A DNA stretch of 64,000 nt from Amoebophrya sp. A120 (taxonomy: Eukaryota; Protista; Dinoflagellata): positions 286,515 to 350,514 of the forward strand of contig CAJINV010000024.1 in NCBI GenBank assembly GCA_905178155.1, in the 5' to 3' direction. Shown here piece after piece: positions 35,532 through 46,849 of the stretch. Both the position numbers and the translations under genes were made by a program. The notes below the pieces were generated by a model. It ran no database searches, had not been told where the DNA came from, and saw only the letters and a list, made by a program, of their open reading frames with translations. Every line of letters begins with the position of its first letter. Position 1 is the stretch's first letter.

Positions 35532-38500
35532 ATGTACCAGGCGCACACCATATTACAGTGAAAAGTGTCCCCCACCCCCAAAGTGGCAAAAATTTGTGAT
35601 GCGAAGTTTCCAAATGAAAACTTTTTGTCATGCATGAAAGGAATATGAATCTTTCTGATACAGATTCTAGTGGTGTTTTGCATCGCTTGCATGACAAGCA
35701 CCGCTCTTGCTGGGATCTTTTGCAATACAAATTTTTGCTATTCACGATCGGAAATCTGTGATGCTGATAGATGCAAGAGGGCGAGTGTTTCATTTGGAAA
35801 GGTTTGCAATACAAATGCTTTCAAGTTTGGGGGTGGGGACATTTTTCATTGTGAAGATACACCAACTTTTCGAATCGCTACTCCACGAGCATCGCCCGCC
35901 TGATGCAAGGTGATAGTATCGAATGCGAACATGTCTGGGTCTGGAAACTTGTGATGCTGGTTGGCGTATCATGAGGAGGCCACAAGTGCTCGCTCAGCAT
36001 GACAAGTTTCTGAGGTTCTAGGTGTTGCCTATTCTGCATGACAACCTGCGTTTCTGCATGACAGAAAAATGGCGCTCTGGAAGAATCCTGCTATCGAATG
36101 CGAACATGTCTGGGTCTGGAAGAATGTTGGAGACACTCTGCATGCATTTGGTTATACTCTTCAAGACGGTCACGGTGTTGTTGTCGGTCCGGAATGAAGA
36201 ACTACGAATGCTTCTCCATGCCAACCCTGCATGGGAAGTGCCCTCTTCTGGAGACAAGAAGTGTGCGTCTTTTGCTAACTATAATGCAACAGAGATTTAT
36301 TTTGATCTTGCCTCCTGCTCCAGACTTATCCGCATCACAAGTTTCCTCGTATTTTTTCCAGACCCAGACACATTTGCAAGCCATAGACAGACTCGACGAG
36401 CAGCGCGGTTACAGCGAGAAGCGCGTTGCGAGGTCGGAGAAGGAGTTCCACGAGAGGATGCGGGCCAAGCACGGCGGTGCCACAAACTCCTACCCGGGGG
36501 CACCAGGAAACGAGATGTTGGACCCGGTGTATGCGGACACAGACCTGATTCCGCCGAAAATTTTCCATCTCCCCGCGGTATCAACTGTAAAAATGTCTGG
36601 GTCTGGAAGAATTCATGTTTGTCATGCTTGTCTGGCATGACTCTTAAATCTGTCATGCACGTTACCCAAGAGCTCCGCTTTTCTATGATGCAGAAGCGCA
36701 GTTTGTCATGCAGAATAGGCAACACCTAGGAGCTCAGAAGCTTGTCATGCTGCGCCAGCATTTGTAGCCTCATCATGAGACGCCACCCAGCATCACAAGT
36801 TCCCAGACCCAGAGACTTTTACTTTTGATACGCGGGTCCCGTCGACTGGGCCGATCTGGTAGTACAACAGGGGTGTGATTATTACAAGCGCCGACAGATC
36901 ATGGACGAGGGAGGAGCAGGAGACAATAGTTTGCACGACCTGGGGCTGCAAAATATCAAAGTACAACCAGCGGTGGAACAAGTGCAGGAAGCTGCTGCAT
37001 CATCTACTTCATCAACTTCGTCTACTACGCACTTAGGCATCAAGATCAATACGTCCGAGCAAGAAAAATCGACCGGTCAAGAAGGGCCACGGGGGAAGCA
37101 GATGGAGGACAGTCGCGAGGCAGCCGGTCCTGCGTTTCGTGTGGACGGCGAATTTTCATTGGATGCGGAGTTGGAAGAGCGCGTGCTGAGTGGGTATCAA
37201 ATGCAAATATGTTGTCTGGGTCCGGAAAGGTGAAACTTGTCATGCTGCTCTTGGATTCCAAAAATATCTGTATTGCCTGAGCAGCAAGAGGAATCTACCT
37301 TTTGTTATGTCAGCAGGGTATTTCTCAAGCGGGATCGGCATCAAAGAGCACTCAGAACATCTGTGATGCTAGCGAATACATCACAGACGTCACGGGTGGT
37401 CATGTAAAATCTGCATGACAAGTTGTAGCCTTCCAGACCCAGACATATTTGCACCGGATAGTGGGAAAGCCGACATGAGTCGGGAACTTTTCCAGCGCGG
37501 TCCGGTCGGGGAACGTTTCGCGCAAGAGCTGCCGGTATGCATTGCAAAAATGTCAGGAGTTTGTCATGCAGATTTTGCATGACCGCCCATGAGGTCTGTG
37601 ATGCATGCCCTCGCATCAGAGATTTTGCGAGGGCTTTCTGATGCTCATTCCGCATGAGAAATGATCTCTCCGCGTAGCACAAATTTTTACACCTCTTTTG
37701 TTGTTCATGCAATACAGATTTTATGCAGAGTCCAAAGGTAGCATCACAAGTTCCAACCTTCCAGACCAAGACATATTTGCAATGCATATCCGGAAGACGC
37801 TTTTGACGGACTGGTGGTGGGATTCCAGAACGGTCGGCCGGTGCATCGACGTCGTGTACTTCAGCGGGCAGCTATCAAAAGGAAAAATCCACCCTCCCAA
37901 GATCGAAAACGAAACTTGTAATGCTGTATTAATTTGAGTACACCAATCGACTTGTATTCCTAGAAGGCCAAGGGCCGCAGTTGTGGCCTCGTTTGCAAGC
38001 AATTTGTCATGCTGGTTGTCGCTTCCAGCTGTCTCCTGTCATGCTGAAGATGCAAGGCTTTGTTCCCACGCAGCCCAGTACTACAGTCCGCATCTTTAAT
38101 ATTCCCCTTCTGGCAGGACCAAGCGGATTTGTGGCCGCAAATCTGCATCACAGATTTGCGTTTTGATATGGGGACGAAGGGGCATTTTTCATAGTAACAG
38201 CATCCAGGTTTGGAAACCACCAGTACCAGGTATCATATGGAAAAACGTCCCCACCCCAGAGTTGTCACGCAGAATTGCATTGACGAGGACATTTGTGATG
38301 CGCACACCCACGGTAGCCATTTCCAGTCGTGTTTTGGAATTTGTGATGCTGTGAACAGGATAAGCATATGGATCTGGTGTGATGCGGCTGCACTTGCTAA
38401 CCTGCACTACACTACGGAATGCAATTTGTCATGCGTGACGTCCAAGGCTCCTAGGTTTGTGTTGCAAAATACCCATCTTGACTCTGGTGTGGGGACGTTT

Positions 38501-41500
38501 TTACTCAGGATACCAGGCCGCACTCGTGGGTATGTGTGGCAAAAGCATATCGCACCATTTGAAATCATTCGTCCATCTCATTTTTGCAAATTTGTCCTGC
38601 ACGACAGATGCAATTTTTTATAACGCTGCCTTCATTTTTTTAGTCCAGGGCTAGGAAAGAGATTTTTGTTTTTCATGTTGGAGCACTGGGATTTATGCGA
38701 CTGCGATCATGCTTTTGCATTGCATTGTAAACGCGTTCCAGAGATCGGGGGCGGACCGCGTTGTTTTTCCACCGGACGGTGTAGTTGACCGTGCAACACT
38801 CATCGCAAACAGCATCACAAACAGCCCCAGAAGTGGCACGACGACGACCACAGGAACGACGGCAGATGGTGAGACCAGGAAGAGCATGAATGCAAGAAGC
38901 CCAGGACGTAGTGGTTCTACACACCACGACGGCCCCCGTGAAAAGCAGCAGTTCCAACCGGCGGCGCGGAGTTGCACACAGGGTCGTCGTGCAGTGGATG
39001 TGAATGTTGATGGAGATAAGCAAGAACCAGTTCCACAGATCATGATGGACCACAGCAAAACATCAAACAAATCACCCGCTCAACTTCCTCCTCCACTCTC
39101 CAGCACCGTATGGAAATCCGCTTACTTCGCGGAGCAGACCGCGCGAACGGAAAAAATTACCGCGTCGTTCCGGAAACCCTACCCTATCAACTGCAAAAAT
39201 GTCTGGGTCTGGAAGAATTCAAGACTTGTCATGCAGGTTTTCCATGACGCGTGAGGTCTGTCATACATGACCCAGCATGACAGATTCTCCTCGAGCTCTA
39301 TCATGCCTCTTCTGCATGAGAAACTCCCTCTCAGCTTGGTCAAAAGTGGACAGCTTTTGGTAATCATGCAACACAGATCCTTGCACTATCCAGAATTAGC
39401 ATGACAAGTTGGATTCTTCCAGACCCAGACATATTTGCAATGCATATACCCACCGAACCACCCACGGCCGCCGGGTGTGACGCCCGAGGTTTTCAGAACT
39501 TTCTGCGACTTGGGGAGGATACGAGTAGAATTTAAAGACGCGATTTTTCCACGATATACCGGTTATTCACCGACGCGCACTCTCTTACAAGAGGTGATGC
39601 GGGGAGAAGAACACAAAAATGAGCCAGACAAGACCTCTATCAAATGCAAAAATGTCTGGGTCTGGAAGGGTGCAACTTGTGATGCTGCGTTTGGATTCCA
39701 AAAAAATCTGTATTGCATGAGCAGCAAGGGTATGAGTGTCTTTTTTCTACGGGAAGAGGACATTTGTCATGCGGAATAGGCATCCGCATCCAGAAGCCCT
39801 CAAAAAATCTCTGATGCTAGGGCATGCATCACAGACCACATGGCTCATGCAAAACTTGCATGACAACTCTCAGAATCTTCCAGACCCAAACATTTTCGCA
39901 CTTGATAACCTCTCCCGCAGCGGTCTTCCCGCCCGTGTGGAACAACGGCCGCTACACAACGGATGTGGCCGCGATAGGTGCAAAGAGGATGATCGGCGGT
40001 AATAAAACCACGACACATGATCAACATCAATTAGAACCGGGCGGAGCAACCAGCAGAAGTGTACGACAGGCCTCCACTTGTTCTTCTCAATCCAGGTTCA
40101 AGTGGCCAACCGGTATCGTCAGTCCGGAAAATGCGCAGGAACTTTACCGGGGACTCTTTCTTCAAGAGCCTGAATCTTCAGCAGGAGGCGTAGCAGGTTC
40201 TCCCGGAGGAGGTACAGCGCCAGCTATAATTGGCGATCTGGCTACTTCTCCCCGACGGTCCTCTTGGGCGGCAGTGCAACTCTCTGATGATGAGGAGGAG
40301 GAGGATACCAGCCCTGAGTCTTCATCTGCAGCTCGACGGCAATTCATTCCGGCGGAAACAAAGAATGCAATTGCAAGCCCATCAGCGACCCGCACCGACA
40401 GAGCCCCACTTCATATCTCAACGGAGAGCAAGAATCCCAAAACCTTGACGTGCCACATCACCGGCTCTTTCGGATTTTCCGGGAAAGAGTTCCAGTTAAA
40501 ATACCCGGGATTGCGTCTGGATGGAAGGAAAGGCCTCTCTATCCTGTGTAAAAACGTCCCAACCCTATAGTCAAGATTGGGATTTTGCAACACAAACCTC
40601 GGAGTTTTGGAAGTCGCGCATGACAAGTTGCACTCCGTAGTGTAGTGCAGGTTAGCAAGTGCAGCCGCATCACAGATCCATCTGCTGATCCTGTTCTCAG
40701 CATCACAAATTCCAAAACACGACTGGAAATCATGTCTACCATGGGCATGCGCATCACAAATGCCTTTGTCATTGCAAATCTGCATGGTAACTCTGGAGTG
40801 GGGACGTTTTTCCTCAGGATACTCTCGCTGCGGCGCATCAAGCGGGACATTGCGGTCCAGTTGTGTGGGCGTCCAGGGTACGCAGTGCAGAAGTGTCGTA
40901 CTCGTAAGGGGAAATCGCATTACAAATGAGCTCAGCAGGATGACAAATGGAATTTGTAATGCTGATTTAGCTCAAGAGTATGGTCTGCACCCGTCATGCA
41001 AAATTCCGCAATAATTAGAATTAGGATTAGTTACGAGTACGATATTTTTGCAACGCATACAGACGTCTTTTCGCATCTGCAAATTCTCGACATGAAAATC
41101 TACGACCCTGTTGCATCCTCGCCACCGTCGTCGCCGCCCCTTTCTCCAGCTGCCGGCGACTCGTTGGCGCCGGAGTTTTTGCTGATAAGACGGCAAGATG
41201 AAGCTGCAATGGAGTTGACAGAAAATACTTCTTCCCCAGGAGCCACGACCGATGGTGATGGGCTCGCGGACCACGACAAGACGAGATTAATAGAAACACC
41301 GGCTGCGAAGATGAAGCCAGTAGTTTTGCAAGCTTTTTTGTCCTCCGGGGCGGCAGTTAATCCTGGTTTCAGCCCACCGTTTCAGTTTCCAGTGCCGGAC
41401 GTGCGGGAAGTACAGGATAGTGGTGGCGACGAGGAGGATAGTTTGTCCGATCCTGCTGAAAGAGTTGTGCATCATGATGATCGTGAAACTAAGAACTCGT

Positions 41501-42856
41501 CCGGGGGGCCAGCAACTGCCCCCCACCAACCGCGAAGTAGAACACCGGCAGAGCTGCGACCCACCGTGGCTGCGCCCGCACCTTCCTCCGCGAAGCCAAA
41601 AGACGCTTGCGTCACGACCTTCGAAAAGGCGCTGGAAGCGAAGCAGGCACGACTGACGTTCTCCGTGAAGAAAGATGGGAGTGAACAAAAGAGTACTTCT
41701 GCTGGAGAGGGAGGACCAGAGCAAGCGCTTCCCCCGGATGAACACGAAATGCTACAAACAGTACCACGAAAGGAAGTAGAAGACCCCGCGCAAGAAAACG
41801 AAGACCTTCTGCTCCCGAGACGAGAGATCCACCTGCAACTGCAAGTCATCACGACTCAACGGCTGGAATTAACGCTGTTTGGCCGACGGGTTCCGGACCT
41901 GATCACCGTGTGTCTTGGCCTGGCTTCGGACTTTGGAATAGACCATGATTGTAATCTATGGATTGCAAAAGTGTCTGGGTCTGGAAGATAGCGAGATTTG
42001 TCATGCTAGTCTCGCATGACCAAAAAGTTTGTGATGCGTGTCCAAGAAGAGACCCTTTTGCCTGTCATGCAAAAACGCAGTTTGTCATGCGAAAAACGCA
42101 ACACAATGAAGCGCAGACGTTTCTCAACATGCTTGGCTGTGCATCACAGAGCATTTACTATTCCCAGCGCAGCATTACAAGTTTCAAGACCCAGACATAT
42201 TTGCATTTGATATAATCCGGGAAAGAAGATCAGGATGAAGAAGCCACAAGCACTGCGGCTGGAAGAGACGCGGGCAGCGCCGGCGGGAGGGGAAGAACAG
42301 AAACGAACGGAAGCAGAAGAAGCAGAAAACACGCGTGGTGGTCAACAGCATCTTGAACAACCACCACCACCGCCGCGGATACCACCACCGCAGCGCATTC
42401 GGAAAACCACCACCGCCGCGGATATTCTGGCGGCCTCCGGGAAGAAAGGGTTGTCCCCGCCTACAAGTAAAACAATTAGCGAGTTGCCGGCGGGGGTGAA
42501 GTATCCTGTGCAAAAGTATCGCACTCGTAAAAATGCAAGTCTTGCATTACAACTCTTCTTCTTAAGGTAAACCCGCATTACAAATTTTATTTCTCATGCT
42601 GAGGAAATTTGTAATGCATTTATACGAGTACGATACTTTTGCAGTTCATATCAAGGGGAAGAACTTCTACTGTGTTGAAGTGGACGAGGTGATGTGGTGC
42701 GAAATTCCACTGAATGGCGAATTTGCGGACCAGAGGTTCAGCAGTGCGGACGGGAGTAGCATCAACACGCGTTATGGGGTGCCGTTAGTTTTCGATGGGT
42801 TGACAGACCATCCGGGAGCGCGGAGTACGGAGAAGAAGAAGAAGATTCTGGCTTGA
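35532..42856 (+). CDS. Hypothetical protein interrupted by 14 introners (5' end uncertain)
   Basis: Continuous frame after +5 removal at all 14 sites: MYQAHT|NFS...QGD|RLDEQ...LPA|GPVDW...LSG|KADM...LP|EDAF...RA|ARFGNHQYQ|AAL|VNAF...YP|PNH...KTS|PAA...GLS|LRR...RP|DVF...CN|PGKK...GVK|GKNFY...KILA*. Confidence 0.8.
35551..35859. mobile_element. Introner family B (diverged)
   Basis: TATTACAGTGAAAAGTGTCCCCCACCCCC...GGGGGTGGGGACATTTTTCATTGTGAAGATA; DR CACCA. Confidence 0.88.
35917..36385. mobile_element. Introner family A with duplicated left TIR (35917 and 36092)
   Basis: TATCGAATGCGAACATGTCTGGGTCTGGAA twice, one right TIR ...GACACATTTGCAAGCCATA; outer flanks GATAG/GACAG. Confidence 0.85.
36579..36830. 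mobile_element. Introner family A
   Basis: TATCAACTGTAAAAATGTCTGGGTC...GACCCAGAGACTTTTACTTTTGATA; DR CGCGG. Confidence 0.92.
37195..37460. mobile_element. Introner family A
   Basis: TATCAAATGCAAATATG...CATATTTGCACCGGATA; DR GTGGG. Confidence 0.92.
37536..37788. mobile_element. Introner family A (opposite orientation to 37195)
   Basis: TATGCATTGCAAAAATGTC...GACATATTTGCAATGCATA; flanks GCCGG/TCCGG. Confidence 0.9.
37873..38199. mobile_element. Eroded introner, family B-like
   Basis: TATCAAAAGGAAAAATCC...GGCATTTTTCATAGTAACA; flanks GCAGC/GCATC. Confidence 0.75.
38231..38512. mobile_element. Introner family B
   Basis: TATCATATGGAAAAACGTCCCCACCCCAGAG...GGGGACGTTTTTACTCAGGATA; DR CCAGG. Confidence 0.92.
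38531..38726. mobile_element. Eroded introner, family C-like
   Basis: TATGTGTGGCAAAAGCATATCGCA...TGCGATCATGCTTTTGCATTGCATT; flanks GTGGG/GTAAA. Confidence 0.75.
39185..39446. mobile_element. Introner family A
   Basis: TATCAACTGCAAAAATGTCTGGGTC...GACCCAGACATATTTGCAATGCATA; DR TACCC. Confidence 0.92.
39638..39907. mobile_element. Introner family A
   Basis: TATCAAATGCAAAAATGTCTGGG...CCCAAACATTTTCGCACTTGATA; DR ACCTC. Confidence 0.92.
40540..40821. mobile_element. Introner family B (opposite orientation to 38231)
   Basis: TATCCTGTGTAAAAACGTCCC...GGGACGTTTTTCCTCAGGATA; DR CTCTC. Confidence 0.92.
40879..41059. mobile_element. Introner family C (diverged)
   Basis: TACGCAGTGCAGAAGTGTCGTACTCGTAA...TTACGAGTACGATATTTTTGCAACGCATA; flanks CAGGG/CAGAC. 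Confidence 0.85.
41957..42212. mobile_element. Introner family A
   Basis: TATGGATTGCAAAAGTGTCTGGGTC...GACCCAGACATATTTGCATTTGATA; DR TAATC. Confidence 0.92.
42502..42650. mobile_element. Introner family C (opposite orientation to 8912)
   Basis: TATCCTGTGCAAAAGTATCGCACTCGTA...TACGAGTACGATACTTTTGCAGTTCATA; flanks TGAAG/TCAAG. Confidence 0.92.
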
Positions 42857-43888
42857 TGGATTCAATTGGCATGACAAACTGCCATAGTTTCAACCTGATC
42901 GGATTAATGATGATGTTTTTGACGTTCATTGGGATCCAGATTTACGCATGACAAACCAGCACCCGTCTGGGTACGCTTTTGCATTCTGATTGCACTTTTT
43001 CTTTTTCTATTCGTGCGTCTAATTGCAACTGCATGACAATAAACTTGGACGACAGCCAGAATTTTTCTACTTGATACAAGAAGCTTCTCTGGAGGAGCAC
43101 GACGCAGTTATCATGTGAAAGGAAGGGCGACGCACAACACGGTTGTCATGCGGAAACGAGATTGTCAGTTATACGAAATAATCTCGGTGATGTGTCTCCG
43201 CATGACAAATCTTATGTGCTATTGCTGCTTTGTTTCGACTTCATAATGGTCGTGGTGCACACGGACGGTACGGAGTCGCATATCAAAAACAAAAATAACT
43301 GGGTCCTGATCGAAGTCGCAATGTTGTCATGCTAGGTCAAGGTGAAAACAGAAAGTTGTCGTGCATGGACACCGAATGTTCTTCATTTTTCTAATGCATA
43401 ATCCGTATTCATCAAAATCAGACTCAGAGGCTGAGCGTGCATGCCAAACCACCTTACTGGTCGCGCAGAAGGCGCTGCGTCAAAAACATGCGTCTTCCCC
43501 CCAGAAGGATCCAGACCAGTTCTCACTGCATATCACGAGTGGTGGTGCAGCTCATGAGGGTGAGGCGGGATGCGTTCAGCCGGACTACGCAGGTCGGCGC
43601 GTTTTAGAAGAACTTTTTCTTCCGACACAACAGTGTCCAAGCTGCAATGGCTTTACACCAGTGAACAAAACTACCTTTTCGAACCTAGCGAAGGTGTAGA
43701 AGGAGAACGCAATTGAGTCCAAGCTGTCCATGATCTCGAGAGCCAACTCATGAAATCATCTTTTGAAAAATTGAAGTACGTCCTCGCAACCGGCGGAAAC
43801 TTTGTGACGAAGAGACCAGGTGGGGCACGCAACCGTGCTTCTACGCATATAGACTTCTGCGTCATTGTGAGTACGTACGTGGTGCTGA

Positions 43889-46415
43889 GTGCGCTTATTT
43901 TTTCACAGAGAGTTGTTGTCACAGCTACTGCAATGTTGACAGAGGGGTTATATTGATGCACCACAACTACAGGAGCGTCAAGGAAACGTCTTATCTTCCT
44001 TGTCGAGCGAAGGAAGAGAGGTGTTGGAGGTGTTATCGGAGGGTTTGGAGAAACTGCTAAATATGGAAGACAAAATTTATCATGGATTTGCGAACTTCAT
44101 CTAGCAAAACCTGATGACCGGTGCGGACATCGACATTCAGCCCGACGGTCGCGCGCCCGTCTTTCGACTCCGAGCCGGCCGGAGTGGAATCGTATGCACT
44201 GCCGCGTCTTGCTGCGCGTTTGCGGGTTCCCCTTCCCAACGACTTACGTGGGAACAATCCCTGTGCCGCCCGTTGGTCCAGATGTGCTTGGGGATGGTGG
44301 TTCAGGCTCCGGAAAAGCCGGCTCGGACGCTGCGAGGTCAGAAGACATTGCGGGGCCTCGGTTGTTCTCCCACCGCCGAAGTGCAGTGCGTGCAGGATCT
44401 GGCGCTGCGGTCCTGCCACGTTTTCAACGGCATCCACCTGTCGGAGGGGGGGCACACGCTCCGCAAGGCTGTGCGGGATTTGCCGCCGGGGTTTCCCAGT
44501 TTTGAAAAGCTGGCGCAGCGGGCTGAGACGTTCGAAGCGGACAACACGCGCAAGCGATGCAGACCGCTTTGCGTAACAAAGCCGCAAGGCAGGCACCGGA
44601 AGAGGAGGGCGCGGCCTTGTCCGCCCGGCGCGCCCGCGTTCGAAGCGGAGGGGGGCCAGCCGCGGGAATCCAGCGGCGCGAGGGACAGCGCGCGCGCGAG
44701 CGCCCCGCGGTTCTCACATGCCCGGGGCGCCGAGACAGGCACGGGGGCCCACTTGCAGGCCAGGCCGGCCCATCTGAAGCAGGCCCGCCACCCCCTGCGG
44801 GCACTCAGGGGCCGCGGGCCCCGTCGAAGCATTTGTACTGCGGCCCATGATCCGCTTAGCCGTAGCACGTGCGGCATGCGCGTTCAGGCGCAGGGCGTTT
44901 TTGCCACCCTCGCCGCTGCCGCAGGCTAGCATGTTGCCCGCCGGCCTGTCGTTGTCATTGCGCGCTCTTTTCTTGGCGTTTAGGCGTCACGGCTTGAATC
45001 ATTTTTCCGTACCTGCTGCGCGTCGCTGCTGTGCACTTCTCACAGTCACACCTGGCAGCGCACAGAATGGGCGACGAGATTTTTCTCTCGGACGGTATGG
45101 GCGTTTCTGTACATCTACTTCGAGCGATGGCCAAACAATCAGTGTGGAGGTGTAGACGAGATCCCACTTTCAGTGCGACCGAGGGAAGAAAGATGAGTGG
45201 GCGGAAAAAGGAAGAGCTGGCTGTTGATGTTACAAAAAGCTGTGAGTTGATGAATGTGTTGGACTGTGCTTATTCTCTCACAGAGAGCTGTCACAGGAGC
45301 TACTGCAATGACAGAGGGATTATATTGATGCACCACAATTACACGAGCGTCAAGGAAACGTCTTATCTATAATCTTCCTTGTCGAGCGAAGGAAGAGAGG
45401 TGTTGGAGGTGTTACTAGAGGGCTTGGAGAAAATGCTAAATATGGAAGACAAAATTTATCATGGATTTGCGAACTTTTAGCAGAACCCAATGTCGGCGGA
45501 CATCGACACTCAACTCGACGATGGTGCGCCCGTCTTTCTACTCCGAGCCGGCTGGAGTGACACCGCATGCGCTGCCGTGTCTTGCTGCGCGTTTGCGCAG
45601 GTTGATGCGGGTTCCCTTCCGTGACTCGAGTCCGAACTTGCCACCCTGAGCAGAGGCGCAAATCGGTTCGCCGCAAGGCAGGCCCATGCGCGTGAACACC
45701 AGGCACGCCTCTCTGCCGCAAGGCAAACCAAAGCGCGGCGCCATCGCTGAGCATTTGGCGAAAATGCGGCGAGCCGGTCGCAAGGGTAACCCCGCAAGGT
45801 CACCGCGGTAATCCAACAAGGCGAGGGAGGGAGGGCGCGCGCGCTAGCGCCCCGTGGTTCTCAGATGCCCGGGGCGCCGAGACAGGCACGGGGGCCCATT
45901 TGCAGGCCAGGCCGGCACATCTGAAGCAGGCCCGCCACTCATTGCGGGCACTAAGGGGCCGCGGGCCCTGGGAAAGTATTTGTATTGCGGCCCATGATCC
46001 GCTTGGCCGTAGCACGTGCGGCATGCGCGTTCCGGCGCAGGGCGCTTTTGCCCCCCTCGCCGCTGCCGCAGGCTAGCATGCTGCCCGCCGGCCTGTCGTT
46101 GTCATTGCGCGGTCTATTTTTCGTGGCGTTTGAGTGGCACGGGTTGAGTCATTTTGTCGCACCTGCTGGCCGCTGCTGTGCACTCACAGTCAGTCACACC
46201 TGACAACGCTCAGAACGGGCGACGAGATTTCTCTCTCGCAACTGTGCAAGCGTTTCTGTGCATCTACTTCGAGCGATGGCCAAACAATCATTGTGGAGGT
46301 GTAGGCGAGATCCCACTCTCAGTGCGACCGAGGGAAGAAAGATGAGTGGGCGGAAAATAGAAGAGCTGGCACTTGAAGATGTTACAAAAAGCTGTGAGTT
46401 GATCATGTGTTGGAC
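43889..46415. repeat. Tandem duplication (~43889-45265 vs ~45266-46415) of decayed sequence
   Basis: Shared blocks, e.g. TATATTGATGCACCACAA, CTTCCTTGTCGAGCGAAGGAAGAGAGGTGTTGGAGGTGTTA, CCGTAGCACGTGCGGCATGCGCGTTC, GTTACAAAAAGCTGTGAGTTGAT. Confidence 0.85.
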
Positions 46416-46849
46416 CGAGGACGAGAAGAGAGCTACAGATAAACACTGCGGCAGCGACCAAAAGCGGAAGGGATCGCTCATCATTACCTCATCCTGATAT
46501 CAGCATTGCGGAACTTCTGCAAACGGCTCTTCCGCCACTCTTGGGCCCTGAGGTCGCGGCGGGAAAGAGGACATCTTTCAAGAAGCTGCAAGTTTGTGAC
46601 GCGGAAGCGGATCGACGAGCCACAGCCAGAGTATTTTTCTCTTTGGGAAGAACAAGACGAGCTTCATGTGTGGCGCGGTACTCCGGCACGCCCCCCCCCG
46701 CAGGTGAGACTCGGGTCTGTTTGTGCGCAGCAAGTTTTTCCCGTCCCGTTCCGGGCGTGAGACTGAATCTGCGCGCTTGGTGCCCGGTGCTTCCGCCTTA
46801 ATGTCGAAAGAAAGCGCCGCAGCCTCAGCGTCGCTTTTTGCCCTGCTGC

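Noticed and set aside
37789-37872. Alternative frame LLTDWWWDSRTVGRCIDVVYF
   Set aside because: Only the LPEDAFDG frame stays continuous through the following three junctions under the +5 rule
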